NCBI RefSeq assembly: GCF_006345805.1
Contig: NW_021833937.1
Span: forward strand, 1 to 57,328
Length of the DNA: 57,328 nucleotides
Direction of reading: 5' to 3'
Source: Octopus sinensis
Taxonomy: Eukaryota
Shown here: in pieces, positions 1 through 13,316 of the stretch
Numbering within the stretch: position 1 is the first letter of the stretch
Layout of the letters: every line of letters begins with the position of its first letter
The notes under the pieces: generated by a model
Told to the model about the DNA's origin: nothing
The model's database searches: none
What the model saw: only the letters and a program-made list of their open reading frames with translations
Position numbers and translations under genes: made by a program

Positions 1-187
1 TATTATTTTTCTTTCAAATTTGCTTCCATTTCTTGCCGAGTATCTTCCCGACTCCTAGGGCAAAGAAACTCATAGTATACATTGGTAGGCCATTAAACTA
101 AACTCAATAGTTCGTTCATTTTTTTTTTTTAAGTTAAATTAAAATACATGGGTAGTAATAATTCTCACATTGACAATGCTCTTCTCA

Positions 188-223
<36 letters not shown>

Positions 224-229
224 TATTAT

Positions 230-985
230 TATCATGCCGTCAAAGTGTCCCTGGGGCAAAATATACGAAACCCGGTATACCCATCATGACTACCCGTCTG
301 ATAAGGATATACCAGGCACATGCATCACAACCATATGTGCATGACATGGTGATCTCATATCAAGATAAACAGCACATGACCTTGCAGGTGGGGCCCAGTT
401 AGAATTTTCTTCTTGTCGAGTAACCCATCCCACTAAAAAGGTTCCTGAATAAGGGTTGTTTAAGGATGTTGAACGAACGACCCATGTTTGCAAAGGTGAA
501 TTATCCAAAACCCAAAGAATTCCTCTCAACACACGGCTATGATGCTCCCCCAAACCCTAAGTACCAGTTGACCACTGGGGTCATTGTAATCGACTATCTC
601 ACAGACCCCAAATTTCAGGACTTGTATATATAGTAGGAAGGATTATTATTATTATTATTATTATTATTGAGTGAGGGAGCAGTGCATGCCATCAAAGTGA
701 CACTGGGGTAAAATATACGAAGCCCAGTATACCCATCATGACTACCCGTCTGATAAGGGTACACCAGGCACATGCATCACAACCATATGTGCGCGACATG
801 GGGATCTCATATCAAGATAAACAGCGCATGACCTTGCAGGTGGGGCCCAGTTAGAATTTTCTTCAGGTTGAGTAGCCCATCCCACTCAAAAGGTCCCTGA
901 ATGAGGGTTGTTTAAGGATATTGAACAAACCACACATGTTCCCAGAGGTGAATTATCCAGATCTCCAAGAATCCCGTTCAACACA
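230..985 (-). repeat. Two tandem copies of a ~310-bp SINE/LINE-tail-like repeat with (TAA)n tails
   Basis: 230-550 and 670-985 are highly similar, each preceded on + by (ATT)n; a short third piece lies at 51770-51835. Confidence 0.7.
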
Positions 986-1409
986 CAGGGGTCGATATAA
1001 TCGACTTAATCCGTCTGTCTGTCCTTGTTTGTCCCCTCTGTCTATAGCCCCTTGTGACCAATAAAAAGAATTAATTATTATTATAAATTATTATTATTAT
1101 TTCTCCCTCTTTAAATTAAATTATTTGGCGTAATTAACTCAATGACGTGCCTCTCCTTATCTGATTCACCATTTAATTAACTGTAGTTAATTACTTAAAG
1201 AGCTTCGTTAAAAAGTCTCTCCTACACACATACACACAACTGTTGGACGGGGATGACGTAAGAAGCCTGTACGAGGTCAAGCTCTTTGCTAGAAATACTA
1301 GCCAAAGGCCGGTCATATCGCATGTACATGTGCTTAAGGAAGGACGTGTTGGATAATACAGTCACGGACATATATGTATATGAAATATATATATATATAT
1401 ATATATATG

Positions 1410-1482
<73 letters not shown>

Positions 1483-1537
1483 ATAATATATAAATATGTA
1501 TATGTAATATGTATATGTATATATATATATATATATA

Positions 1538-1591
<54 letters not shown>

Positions 1592-1689
1592 TATCTATAT
1601 ATATGTATTATATATATATATATAATTATATATATTTATCTATATATGTATATGTATATATTATATGTATATATATATATTATATATAA

Positions 1690-2180
1690 TAATATAAGAG
1701 AGTGGTCACTATATTGATCACTCTAGCACCATTTATCAAAAGGCTTCAACCACGAAAATACATGTTTCCCATGAAAGCCAAGTACGACTGTTAGCTCACA
1801 CGGACAGGGCAAATAAAAATAACAAAATACAGATTATTTTGGGACAATTGTTTCGCTATTAATGAATTAATTCATTAATAGCGAAACAATTGTCCCAAAA
1901 TAATCTGTATTTGTTATTTTTTATTTGCCTGTCCTGTGTGAGCTAACAGTCGTACTTGGCTTTCATGGGAAACATGTATTTTCGTGGTTGAAGCCTTTTG
2001 GATTAACTGGTGCTAGAGTGATCAATATAGTGACCACTCTCTTATATTTATTTTGTGAAAATATTATAATATATTATAAAATATTATAATAATCCAGGTT
2101 TCTCATAGCACTAGCCACTTGGTGTGGAATAAATATACTATTAAATTAGTATCTAATTCTCTCACCTTATTAATTAATTA
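1690..2180. mobile_element. Penelope-like remnant forming a ~360-bp palindrome
   Basis: Arms of about 180 bp centred at 1868/1869 with GAAAC-AATT-GTC next to the centre. The continuation 2000-2180 recurs at 23075-23265. Confidence 0.55.
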
Positions 2181-2236
2181 TATATATATATATATATAAT
2201 ATATATATTATAATGTATATGTATATATATATATAT

Positions 2237-2279
<43 letters not shown>

Positions 2280-3332
2280 GGTATGTAGAAAATACAACAT
2301 GGACAAGAACGTATAACTCATAGAAGACGATACAATAAACATGGACAGGACATTCGAACCCTCAGTCTTCAGTCAAGAACCGGATCATCGTAGTAATTTC
2401 GGCTGATTAATCTTGAGATTACTAGATCACGGCCAGCCCTCCAAGAAAAACTAAGCAACGAGCATTAGAAAAACTAAGCTGGAAGCGTAGATTTCCTGGA
2501 AGAAGGATCGAATGCATACGAACACCAGGACAGCAAAAGGGACAGATATAAAAAAACAAAAAACAATAATGGAATACAGAAACATGAAATACAGAAGCAT
2601 TAACGGTGAAAACAACAAGTGTCTTACGACTGATAACAAGCAAACAAATTTTTTCTCTGGCGCATTGGAAAAAGCCTTTATAGCGGCGGACGAAAAAACA
2701 ACGATGTTAACACGACGAGGGTCAGGAGCTGAAAGGCAGATTTCGGCCAACAGTCACGTGACAGAGAAGAGGGAAAAGAAAGAAAGAGAAGCAAAGGAAG
2801 AGAGAGAGAGAAGGGGACAAACGCAACAAAGAGAGAGAAGAGAGAGAAAGAAGGAATCAGAGAGGAGAAGGGATGGGTGTCGAAGAATGACCTGTGAGTG
2901 CAGAGCGAGACAAAGAAATAGGAGGGTAGTGGAAGACTAGACCAAAGGATCAGAGGAAAGAGAAGATGAATAGAGAGAAAGTAAAAATGAGAGAGAGAGA
3001 GGAGACAACAAGAGTCGTACCAATTATAAGAATATGTGTTCACATTAATGATAAGGGGGGTACGGGGCGCCTGAATATATGTTAAGGTATGTAGAAAATA
3101 CAACATGGACACAGCACGTATAACTCATAGAAGACGATACAATAAACATGGACAGGACATTCGAACCCCTCATCTTCAGTCAAGAACGGATCATCGTAGT
3201 AATATATATATATATGTGGTAATTGTTCAGTTTGGTTTGATTAAAAAAGTAAAAGAAAATTAAGGGGGAGATAAGTAGTGAATGACGCAAAGGGATGAAT
3301 CAATTTTAGAGAAATTGTGGACTATAATTCAA

Positions 3333-3728
3333 CTAGCAGTATTGCCCGGCGTTGCACGGGTTTGTTTCGACCCTTTAGAATCGGAATTTTTGAAAAGTAA
3401 AAATTTGGCATTATGTAGCTTGTTATTCTCTTTAAGTGAACATTTTTCTGGTTGAAATACACCGAAAAATGGCGACACAGCAGTCAAAAAATCGTAAAAA
3501 AAATAGGGATTTTCATAGAAAAAAAAAGCACCTTTTTGATGTAAATAATTTTTGGTGTTAACATGGTCTGATTTGAATTTTTTCTTCTACGGAAGGAAGA
3601 GCAAGCCTTCTTCTCTCATACTCTCAATTTTGGTCAACTTGCGCCGCAGGGTCTCGGAGGAGATAGTGTTAGTTGAAGGTTACCAAACCTGCCACACATA
3701 GATAACTTCAGCTTTATATAGAGAGAGA
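3333..3728 (-). mobile_element. Non-autonomous Helitron, related family
   Basis: Minus strand starts TCTCTCTCTATATAAAG and ends cccgtgcaacgccgggcaatactgCTAG|T. Confidence 0.75.
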
Positions 3729-4154
3729 TTAGGAAAAGCTGGAGACAACATTCTTCAGTGGTTGGCACGGCGTCAGCTAATTATGAATATGTACACCTGC
3801 GAAAAATGTAATTCCCCACGTGGCCTTACTACATGGGCTGAAGTTACTGATGAAAAATTATAACACTGCAATCGTTGTAAAATGAGCAAATCTCTTCATT
3901 ACTGTTCATTTTTTAAGAGAAGTCATATTTTGTCAGTGTTTATGTGTTTGTGACCACGTGTGTACCGTTGGCGATTTTTTTTCCTCTGCCTTCCCTTCTC
4001 TGGATCTTTCCTTCTCCTAGGTTTCCGACAAAGAGCTCCGCTCGAAACGTTAAACCCTCCTTCTTTCCTGAGTGTCCAATAATACTATATTTGTTCCACG
4101 TCCTTACGTTGTTGTGTTTTTGTGCTTTCTTGTTTGGATTAACATTATATATGT

Positions 4155-4540
4155 GTGGAAGCACTCCGTCAGTTACGACGACGAGGGTTCCGGTTGATCC
4201 GAATCAACGGAACAGCCTGCTCGTGAAATTAACATGTAAGTGGCTGAGCACTCCACAGACACGTGTACCCTTAACGTAGTTCTCGGGGATATTCAGTGTG
4301 ACACAGAGAGTGACAAGGCCGGCCCTTTGAAATACAGGTACAACAGAAACAGGAAGTAAGAGTGAGAGAGAGTTGTGGTGAAAGAGTACAGCAGGGGTCA
4401 CCACCATCCCCTGCCGGAGCCTCGTGGAGCTTTTAGGTGTTTTCGCTCAATAAACACTCACAACGCCCGGTCTGGGAATCGAAACCGCGATCCTACGACC
4501 GCGAGTCCGCTGCCCTAACCATTAGGCCATTGCGCCTCCA
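4155..4540 (-). mobile_element. tRNA-derived SINE family B, full-length
   Basis: Minus strand head GGAGGCGCAATGGCCTAATGGTTAGGGCAGCGGACTCGCGG...GGTTTCGATTCCCAGACC (A and B boxes). Other copies at 4567-4720, 4883-5255, 13317-14592, 23937-24292, 48933-49230. Confidence 0.88.
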
Positions 4541-5464
4541 TATATATATATATTATATATATATATATGGGGGCAATGGCCCAGTGGTTAGGGCAGTTTC
4601 GATTCCCAGACCGGGTGTTGTGAGTGTTTATTGAGCGAAAACACCTAAAGCTCCACGAGGCTCCGGCAGGGGGTGGTGGCGATCTCTGATGTACTCTTTT
4701 GCCACAGCTTGGCCTGCTCTTATAAAAATATTTTTCTAAAACATATATGTTTTATAAAAATATTTTTTATTTGTTATTTATGTATTGGTTTATGTCTATC
4801 ACTGTTTGAGTTGCATAATAGTGGTTTTATCTCTAATTTACATTATATATTACACACTCAATAACACTATAAAATGGTCAAAGTGGAGGCGCAATGGCCC
4901 AGTGGTTAGGGCCGGCCTTGTCACTCTCTGTGTCACGCTGAATATCCCCGAGAACTACGTTAAGGGTACACGTGTCTGTGGAGTGCTCAGCCGCTTACAC
5001 GTTAATTTCACGAGCAGGCTGTTCCGTTGATTCGGATCAACCGGAACCCTCGTCGTCGTAACCGACGGAGTGCTTCCATTTCAAAGGGCCGGCCTTGTCA
5101 CACTCTGTGTCACGCTGAATATCCCCGAGAACTACGTTAAGGGTACACATGTCTGTGGAGTGCTCAGCCGCTTACACGTTAATTTCACGAGCAGGCTGTT
5201 CCATTGATTCGGATCAACCGGAACCCTCGTCGTCGTAACCGACGGAATGCTTCCAAAATGGTCAAAATTTTTCCTCAGGAACTTAGTTCAATTTGAAAAC
5301 TCCACCAGAATGGGAGAAAGCGCTAATATATGATATATAAGTTATATGATGTATAAAAACATGTAATATACAAATAAATATCTGTAAATATAAAACCATC
5401 CAAATTTCTGAGTACCTCATTTCTTCTAATATAAAATACCTGTACATCATCTCCAGACCTTCTA

Positions 5465-5512
<48 letters not shown>

Positions 5513-6039
5513 GAAAGAATGGAGTCGAACGAAGATGTTAACAAAATTCCTTTACTCTCAACACATGTTTCGAAGACAGCATGTTCTTATTCCTAAGGAA
5601 TAAAGGGTGCATCATGCAATCTTCTCATCAGCAAAGAAAGGGAGCCTCTCTCGACAACAAGACAAACAAAAATTTCGATGATTGCCTACAAAGTAAAGGA
5701 ATTTTGTTAACATCTTCGTTCGACTCCATTCTTTCATTAATTCAGATACAACAGACAAATTTTTACACATGAACCCGGAGTTTCTACCCTTGACAGGTCG
5801 CTTCAACCGTGTTTTCTGATGTGAATTTGCTACCCAGGTTTCGGTTAAACGAATTTTCCATGCTGATGATAAACATAGAATAATTCATTCACCTACTTAA
5901 ATATATATATATATAAACAATACACACACACACAAACATATAATGTTGACCATTCTTCATATTTTATTTTCCAGCGATTCCTGACCAATGATAGACAGAT
6001 TTACCTTTAGCCGTGTTTTGGACAGTGGTGGTAGCCAGA

Positions 6040-6830
6040 ATCATCCTCTTGCCAGGTTTGACCAAAAATGGACTGACACCTATTTCAGCCATATTCGACT
6101 ACAAGGGACCAACCCCCAATTGAGCCACATTTGACCATGTTTGACCATCAGTGGACCAACCCTGTTTTATCTCAGGTTGATCAACATGGGTAGTAGATGG
6201 CCCCCCTGGGTACTGTTTATAGGGACTTTCAGCAGATGTGGGTGGGTCTGGTTTGGTCATGTTGCTTGATAGCTTCTTTAACCCTTTTCATACCAATCCA
6301 TCTGAGCCACATTTGACCATGTTTGACCATCAATGGACCAACCCTGTTTTAGCTCAGGTTGATCAACAATAAATTGACCCCTATTTCAGCCATATTTGAC
6401 CCTATTTTAGCTCTGTTTGATCTGCAATGGACTGTCCCCTATTTCAACCATTTTTGGCCAACAATGGAGCGACTCCTATCTCAGCCATATTTGACCATCA
6501 ATGGACCGACCCCCATTTTAGCTATGTTCGACCCTATTTTAGTGGACTGATCCTATTTTAGCTCTGTTTGATCCACAATGGATTGTCCCCTAATTCAACC
6601 ATTTTAGGCCAACAATGGAGCGACTCCTATCTCAGCCATATTTGACCATCAACGGACCAACCTCCTTTTCAGCCATATTTGACCCTATTTTAGTGGACTG
6701 ATCCTATTTCAACCATTTTGGGCCAACAATGGAGCGACTCCTATCTCAGCCATATTTAACCATCCACTGATCGACCCCCATTTCAGCCATGTTTGACCAA
6801 TAATAGACCGACCCCTGTTTCAGCTAGGCT
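6040..6830. repeat. Degenerate minisatellite (tttcagccatatttgaccatcaatggaccgacccc-like units)
   Basis: Recurring 35-40 bp motifs with shuffled subunits. Confidence 0.7.
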
Positions 6831-7300
6831 TAACCCCGCTGGTTCTATGATTCAAACTTCCTATCTTAAAGTGATCGACATTAAAAATTTCTGGCAAAAG
6901 TCCGTATTAATTTATGTTAATTTATGTTCCAAACACCAGATTAATTAATTAAGGACAAAATTATTTTGCTAAATTCTTCAAACTTTTAAAAATCGATCGG
7001 AACAAAGGCAGCATAATTCAACAGAAATATTCTAGTCATGTCATCTAGATTCCATCATGTTTGTCTTAACCAAACCTCTCTGAGACCATCACTAATTCTG
7101 TGATATAAACTTCTTGTTTCAAAGTGATATTTAAAGTAATATAAAGCAAAACTTTCCATCAAAATTTCATTTTAATTAATGTTCCAAACATTCGCTGAAA
7201 TCATGACAAAATTATTTTACCAAATTCTTCGGTATTTTCAAAATTAATTGGAAAAAAAGTCAGTGTATTTCTCCAGGAATATGGTAAAGAAGGGGTTGAA
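6830..7300 (+). mobile_element. Diverged relative of the 252-bp piggyBac-type MITE
   Basis: Starts cttaacccc; contains two degenerate copies of the ttatgttcc..acac..aaattatttt.ctaaattctt body; ends aatatggtaaagaaggggtt. Confidence 0.45.
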
Positions 7301-9685
7301 CACATTTTGTCAATAATAAATTCAACACAAACCTATCGTCAGCACAATGTAAGTCTATCATAAACAAGGCTGTTTCTTACAGACCAATTTCACCTCACAG
7401 CCTGAAGATGTGGCTGAGTGAGTCTAGAAAGGCTGATGACAGATTTAGGGAGATTATTGTTTTGAACAAACTGTAAAAGACTCGTCTGAAAATAGGAGAA
7501 TAAAATGAATCTGGGTTATTTCTTGTTCCAAACGAAAAAAAAAACTGCAACAGACTCACATGAAAATATAGAAAAATAAATTCTAATAAAAGATATAAAA
7601 CTGTAACGTAGTCATGTTTTCAATTAAGCACACACACACACATACATACATACACACACACACACAAATGTGTATATGGTTGTTTGACGTTTTTACATCT
7701 TTCGTTGACAGTATTGCAAAGACAGTAACTTAACCATGTCTGCTGTGCCTGGGCTACTTCCAGAAGCAAGTTCCTAGCCCCGGGAACTCTTTACATTTTC
7801 ACTCACGGATATGCCATGAAGAAAAGACAAGTTGATATTCTCTTGTGTCTGGGGAGAGTCATTCTCTTTTAGTGGTTTATAATTTAACACACTTGCCGGT
7901 AAAATTTCCACTTATTTCTTATTTTTATTTTCCTAAAATCTCATAAGATTGGCCATTGAAAGGATGATTACTTTGGCGGCGCTCCAGCATGGCCACAACC
8001 TTAGGGTTGAAACGTGTAAAAGAATTGGAGCATATTCTGTTGTACCGGGGAGAGTCATTTTCTTTTTGTGCCTTATAATTTAACAAACTCACCGGTAAAA
8101 TTTCCACTTATTTCTTATTTTTATTTCCCTAAAATTTTCGTTGCGTCTTGCAACCTTTTCAATAGTTTTGGAACTCATATGAAGAATCTTGCAAACTAAA
8201 TCCCAAAACAAGTTGATGTGTTTTCAGAATCCAAGGAGCTGCAGGTGGTGCCAGATATTCGTTAAAAGTAAGCAAACATAGATGCAGGCATGGCAGTAGA
8301 GTAAGAAACTTGCCCGTCGTGGTGGCCGATGCCAGCACCGACTAGACTGGCTTCCGTGCCGGTGGTACGTAAAATGCACCAATCCAACCTTGACCGTTGC
8401 CAGCCTCGCCTGGCACGTAAAAAGCACCCACTACACTCATGGAGTGGTTGGCGTTAGGAAGGGCATCCAGCTGTAGAAACATTGCCAGATAAGACTGGGC
8501 CTGGTGCAGCCTTCTGGCTTCCCAGATCCCTGGTCGAACCGTCCAACCCATGCTAGCATGGAAAACGGACGTTAAACGATGATGATGATGATAATGAGGT
8601 ATGTGTGTGTCTGTGTTTGTCCCCCTAGCATTGCTTGACAACCGATGCTGGTGTGTTTATGTCCCCATCACTTAGCAAAAGAGACCGATAGAATAAGTAC
8701 TAGGCTTACAACGAATAAGTACCGGGGTCGATTTGCTCGACTAAAGGCAGTGCTCCAGCATGGCCGCAGTCAAATGACTGAAACAAGTAAAAGAGTAATA
8801 ACATCAAAAAATCCCTCAGGAATGAGAACCCAGGTTCGAAATTTCCCCAAGACACCTGATGAAGTTTGGAGGGTATATCAACTGAAACGTGTTAACAACA
8901 AATAAGATGAGGACATCTTGGTGTGTTTATGTCCCCGTAACTTAGCGGTTCGGCAAAAAGAGACCGATAGAACAAGTACTAGGCTTACAAAGAATAAATC
9001 CTGGGGGTCGATTTGCTCGAATAAAGGCGGTGCTCCAGCATGGCTACAGTCAAATGACTGAAACAAGTAAAAGAGCATATAGATAGATATATAGATATAT
9101 GTACATATATATATGGATGTGTGTTTTGTGTGTGTGTCGGTGTTTGTCCCCCTTACATCAGTTGACAACCGATGCTGGTGTGTTTACGTCCACGTAACTT
9201 AACGGTTCGGCAAAAGAGACCGATAGAATAAGTACTAGGCTTACAAAGAATAAGTCCCGGGGTCGATTTGCTCGACTAAAGGCAGTGCTCCAGCATGGCC
9301 GCAGTCAAATGACTGAAACAAGTAAAAGAGTAAAAGAGAGAGAGAGTAAATGAAATTGTCAGAAAATTCACAAATACTTATTACTTTGACCGAAATAACA
9401 ACTGAAAAACAGATTTCATTGAAATCCGTTTGATATTTCCTGAAATAATTAGAGTCAATTATAACGGAAATTAAGCATTATACTCTTTTACTTGTTTCAG
9501 TCATTTGACTGCGGCCATGCTGGAGCACCGCCTTTAATCAGGCAACTCGACACCGGGACTTATTCTTTTTGTAAGCCCAGTACTTATTCTATCGGTCTCT
9601 TTTGCTGAACCGCTAAGTAACGGGGATGTAAACACACCAGCATCGGTTGTCAAGAAATGCTAGGGGGACAAACACAGACACACAA

Positions 9686-9716
<31 letters not shown>

Positions 9717-10340
9717 CATATATACGACGGGCTTTTTTCAGTTTCCGTCTACCAAATCCACTCACAAGGCATTGGTCGGCCCGAGGCTATAGTAGAAGAC
9801 ACTTGCCCAAGGTGCCACGCAGTGGGACTGAACCCGGAACCATGTGGTTGGTAAACAAGCTACTTACCACACAGCCACTCTTGCGTCTATATATATATAT
9901 ACGACAGGCTTCTTTCAGTTTCCGTCTACCAAATCCACTCACAAGGCTTTGGTCGACCCGAGGCTATAGTAGAAGACACTTGCCCAAGGTGCCCTGCAGT
10001 GGGACTGAACCCGGAACCATGTGGTTGGTTAGCAAGCTACTTACCACACAGCCACTCCTACACCTATTATGTATATGAATCTTGAATAAGCTTGTTAACT
10101 GCGCAGTTTACTGATTGAGAGACTACAATACATACGTACAGAATGAGTTAACCTAAATCTGTAGTCACAGTCTCGCCCTGGTTCAGATTTGAAACTTAAT
10201 CTTTCATTTCTCCTTGGGCATATGGCCTATTCAGATGCCAACAGAAACGGTGACAAATGGGTCTCCCACTTCACTTGTGCCCTTCTCGGGGCCATCACAG
10301 TCACCAGGATTCCGTAAAGCTTTTCTTCTCTGTGATATTA

Positions 10341-11430
10341 GTTGTTGGTTGTCGGAGCACTGCATCCTTCAAAACTTCCATGCTTCCTGAGATTCGCCAA
10401 CACTACACCTGATTTTCTCCCCTCCATACACACGCTGAAGCATGAAACAAACTGCCGGCATCAGTTGTTAGTTGTCGGAGCACTGCATCCTTCAAAACTT
10501 TCATGCTTCCTGAGATTCGCCAACACTACACCTGATTTTCTCCCCTCCATACACACGCTGAAGCATGGAACAAACTGCCTGCATCAGTTGTTAGTTGTCG
10601 GAGCACTGCATCCTTCAAAACTTCCATGCTTCCTGAGATTCGCCAACACTACACCTGATCTCCTCCCCTCCATACACACGCTGAAGCATGGAACAAACTG
10701 CCTGCATCAGTTGTTAGTTGTCGGAGCACTGCATCCTTCAAAACTTTCATGCTTTCTGAGATTCGCCAACACTACACCTGATCTTCTCCCCTCCATACTC
10801 ACGCTGAAGCATGGAACAAACTGCCGGCATCAGTTGTTAGTTGTCGGAGCTCTGCATCCTTCAAAACTTCCATGCTTTCTGAGATTCACCAACACCTACA
10901 CCTGATCTTCTCCCCTCCATACACACGCTGAAGCATGGAACAAACTGCCGGCATCAGTTGTTAGTTGTCGGAGCACTGCATCCTTCAAAACTTCCATGCT
11001 TTCTGAGATTCACCAACACCTACACCTGATCTTCTCCCCTCCATACACACGCTGAAGCATGGAACAAACTGCCGGCATCAGTTGTTAGTTGTCGGAGCAC
11101 TGCATCCTTCAAAACTTTCATGCTTTCTGAGATTCGCCAACACTACACCTGATCTTCTCCCCTCCATACACACGCTGAAGCATGGAACAAACTGCCGGCA
11201 TCAGTTGTTAGTTGTCGGAGCACTGCATCCTTCAAAACTTTCATGCTTTCTGAGATTCGCCAACACTACACCTGATCTTCTCCCCTCCATACACACACAA
11301 GCATGTATCTGACTCATACACTGTTCGCTCTCCAGACATTTGTACATTACTGCATATACTTTATATGCACTTTCTGACAAGTTGTGGGGCACCTGAGCAC
11401 TGTATACAATAATTTCATTATTTTACTATT
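10341..11430 (+). mobile_element. CR1-type LINE extreme 3' end with about 8 tandem 123-124 bp units
   Basis: Same unit as at 56.1-56.5 kb (EAWNKLPASVVSCRSTASFKTSMLPEIRQHYT* + start of UTR). Unit starts near 10341, 10464, 10587, 10710, 10833, 10957, 11081, 11204, followed by the same 3'UTR. Confidence 0.88.
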
Positions 11431-11630
11431 ATATAGATATTCTTCTAGCTTCATTCACATTCAAACTGAATCTCTCAATTCACACACAGGCATACACTCA
11501 CACATACACATACATACACACATATGTACACACACACAAGTACTCGGCCCCTGATTCATTTGGCTAAAATTCCTTCAAGGTGGTGCCCCAGCATGGCTGC
11601 GGTCTAATGAGTGAAACAGGTAAAAAAATA

Positions 11631-12047
11631 GGCGTAGGAGTGGCCGTGTGGTAAGTAGCATGCTCACCGACCACATGGTTCTGAGTTCAGTCCCACTGCA
11701 TGCGCGGCACCTTGGGCAAGTGTCTTCTGCTATAGCCCCGGGCTAACCAATGCCTTGTGAGTGGATTTGGTAGACGGAAACTGAAAGAAGCCTGTCGTAT
11801 ATATGTATATATATATATATATATGTGTATGTGTGTGTATATGTTTGTGTGTCTGTGTTTATCCCCCTAGCATTGCTTGACAACCGATGCTGGTGTGTTT
11901 ACGTCCCCGTAACTTAGCGGTTCGGCAAAAGAGACCGATAGAATAAGTACTGGGCTTACAAAGAATAAGTCCCGGGGTTGATTTGCTCGACTAAAGGCGG
12001 TGCTCCAGCATGGCCACAGTCAAATGACTGAAACAAGTAGAAGAGTA
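11631..12047 (+). mobile_element. tRNA-derived SINE family A, full-length (internal (TA)n/(TG)n tract)
   Basis: Head GGCGTAGGAGTGGC.GTGTGGTAAG...GTTCAGTCCC, tail gactgaaacaagta(aa)agag. About 20 full or partial copies in the window, e.g. - 9482-9890, 12480-12850, 16475-16875, 22605-23015, 24535-24920, 26968-27347, 33885-34200, 55165-55558; + 25201-25590, 28746-29135. Confidence 0.88.
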
Positions 12048-13316
12048 ATAAATAAGTACTAGGGCCCTGATTCATTTGGCTAAAATTCCTTCAAGGTGAT
12101 GCCCCAGCATGGCTGCGGTCTAATGAGTGAAACAGGTAAAAAAAATTAATTATAAAAAAAAAATAAAGAAAAAATGTCAATGGTGGTGAGTGGGGTGGGG
12201 ATGAATTGAGAGTCACAGCATTCCATTTTAGGCTTGAGTAGCTATAATGGCTAGGAAGGTATTTAATCTCTGACTCTTGTGATATATAATTACATATATA
12301 ATTACATAGGTGCAGGAGTGGCTGTGTGGTAAGTAGCTTCCTAACCAACCACATGGTTCCCCGGGTTCAGTCCCACTGCGTGGCATCTTGGGCAAGTGTC
12401 TTCTGCTATAGCCTCGGGCCGACCAAAGCCTTGTGAGTGGATTTGGTAGACGGAAACTGAAAGAAGCCTGTCGTATATACTCTTTTACTTGTTTCAGTCA
12501 TTTGAATGCGGCCATGCTGGAGCACCGCCTTTAGTCGAGCAAATCGACCCCAGGACTTATTCTTTGTAAGCCCAGAACTTATTCTATCGGTCTCTTTTGC
12601 CGAACCGCTAAGTGACGGGGACGTAAACACACCAGCATCGGTTGTCAAGCAATGCTAGGAGGACAAACACAGAAACACAAACACACATACATATACATAT
12701 ATACGACAGGCTTCTTTCAGTTTCCGTCTACCAAATCTACTCACAAGGCATTGGTCGGCCCGGTGCTATAGTAGAAGACACTTACCCAAGATGCCACGCA
12801 GTGGGACTGAACCCGGAACCATGTGGTTGGTTAGCCAGCTACTTACCACGTATATATATATATATTCTTATAAAGAATAAGTCCCGGGGTCGAGTTGCTC
12901 GACTAAAAAGGCGGTGCTCCAGCATGGCCGCAGTCAAATGACTGAAACAAGTAAAAGAGTAAAGAGTATATGACCACACAGACATCTATGTGTATACATG
13001 AGTGTGTGTGTGTGTATATATATTTATATATATGTAAATGTGTGTGTGTAACTCAGGTGAAATCAAGCAAATCTGTTGCCTGGCAACAGTGGGAAGGAGT
13101 AGAGGTGAAGAGAGAGGAGAGCTGGTTGTCAGGTGCAAATGAAGTTAAGGAGGACACTTGCTAGACACTAACATAAAGTATATATTTGAGTGCAATTTAT
13201 CACAAACAGTAAATATTGCATTGTAAACGCTTAGAAACGGCGATATTCCACTTTAAAGTAGATAACAAAGAAATACTATTACACAGATTTCTGTCCACCA
13301 TGTGACAAACAGCAGT

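Noticed and set aside
10342-11312. Repetitive ORFs LLVVGALHPSKL... (also at 56036-56500)
   Set aside because: Off-frame readings of the tandem CR1 3' unit; the native frame has a stop in each unit.
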